The notes under the pieces are model-generated. The model saw only the letters and a program-made list of their open reading frames with translations, was not told the origin of the DNA and did not search any database. Both the position numbers and the translations under genes were made by a program. Positions 4,219 through 4,350 of a stretch of 4,350 bases of DNA are shown here, in pieces. The stretch is from a virus (lineage: Duplodnaviria > Heunggongvirae > Uroviricota > Caudoviricetes): the IMG/VR virus record IMGVR_UViG_2778261594_000008. One strand, given 5' to 3'. Numbering within the stretch: position 1 is the first letter of the stretch; each line of letters starts with the position of its first letter.

Positions 4219-4350
4219 ATGAAACTTAAATATTCTGGCTTAACTGCCAGTGGCAAAACTCGCACTAAATTCATGCGCGGTGATATTTACCGCGACCAGT
4301 ACGGCGGCACGGTAATGATTAAGGGCGTGGCGGGACGGTGCGTAACTTAC
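4219..4350 (+). CDS. Hypothetical protein E, 5' part only (runs off the window end)
   Basis: ATG at 4219, 5 nt after the ORF D stop, with GGAG about 10 nt upstream. Open through 44 codons to the window edge (MKLKYSGLTASGKTRTKFMRGDIYRDQYGG...). Not recognised. Confidence 0.45.
   Translation, partial: MKLKYSGLTASGKTRTKFMRGDIYRDQYGGTVMIKGVAGRCVTY

Noticed and set aside
1-4350. tRNA/tmRNA gene or att core within the window
   Set aside because: No cloverleaf-like region or tRNA-like conserved motifs seen. The expected att site for a P4-type integrase would lie upstream of position 1.

Overview
This window reads as the integrase-proximal regulatory end of a P4-like integrative element (satellite prophage or genomic island) in an enterobacterial-type genome. 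Calls rest on manual reading and family-level pattern recognition only; no database search or folding was run. Layout: a full-length P4-family tyrosine integrase (1-1218, +); an AT-rich intergenic region with two arrays of 10-bp-phased direct repeats; an AlpA/Vis-family HTH gene (1593-1781, +); then a leftward operon ending in a canonical intrinsic terminator (1921-1950). That operon is a tandem duplication of a 685-bp module: ribbon-helix-helix (RHH) gene, a 44-nt conserved hairpin element, then a small 'MTN...' protein gene (RHH-1/P2 at 2686-3150, RHH-2/P1 at 2025-2465). Right of it lie a divergent promoter region with three GTGTT(C/T)AACAC palindromes (3199-3253) and a rightward operon of overlapping small ORFs (A-D at 3343-4213, E truncated by the window end). 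A diverged second copy of the rightward promoter, leader hairpin and ORF-A start sits inside the leftward operon (2459-2645). The most interesting candidate is the duplicated RHH + small-protein module with its unusually conserved intercistronic element, which could be a toxin-antitoxin-like or immunity pair of unknown function. The long plus-strand ORFs across 1834-3355 are judged antisense artefacts.
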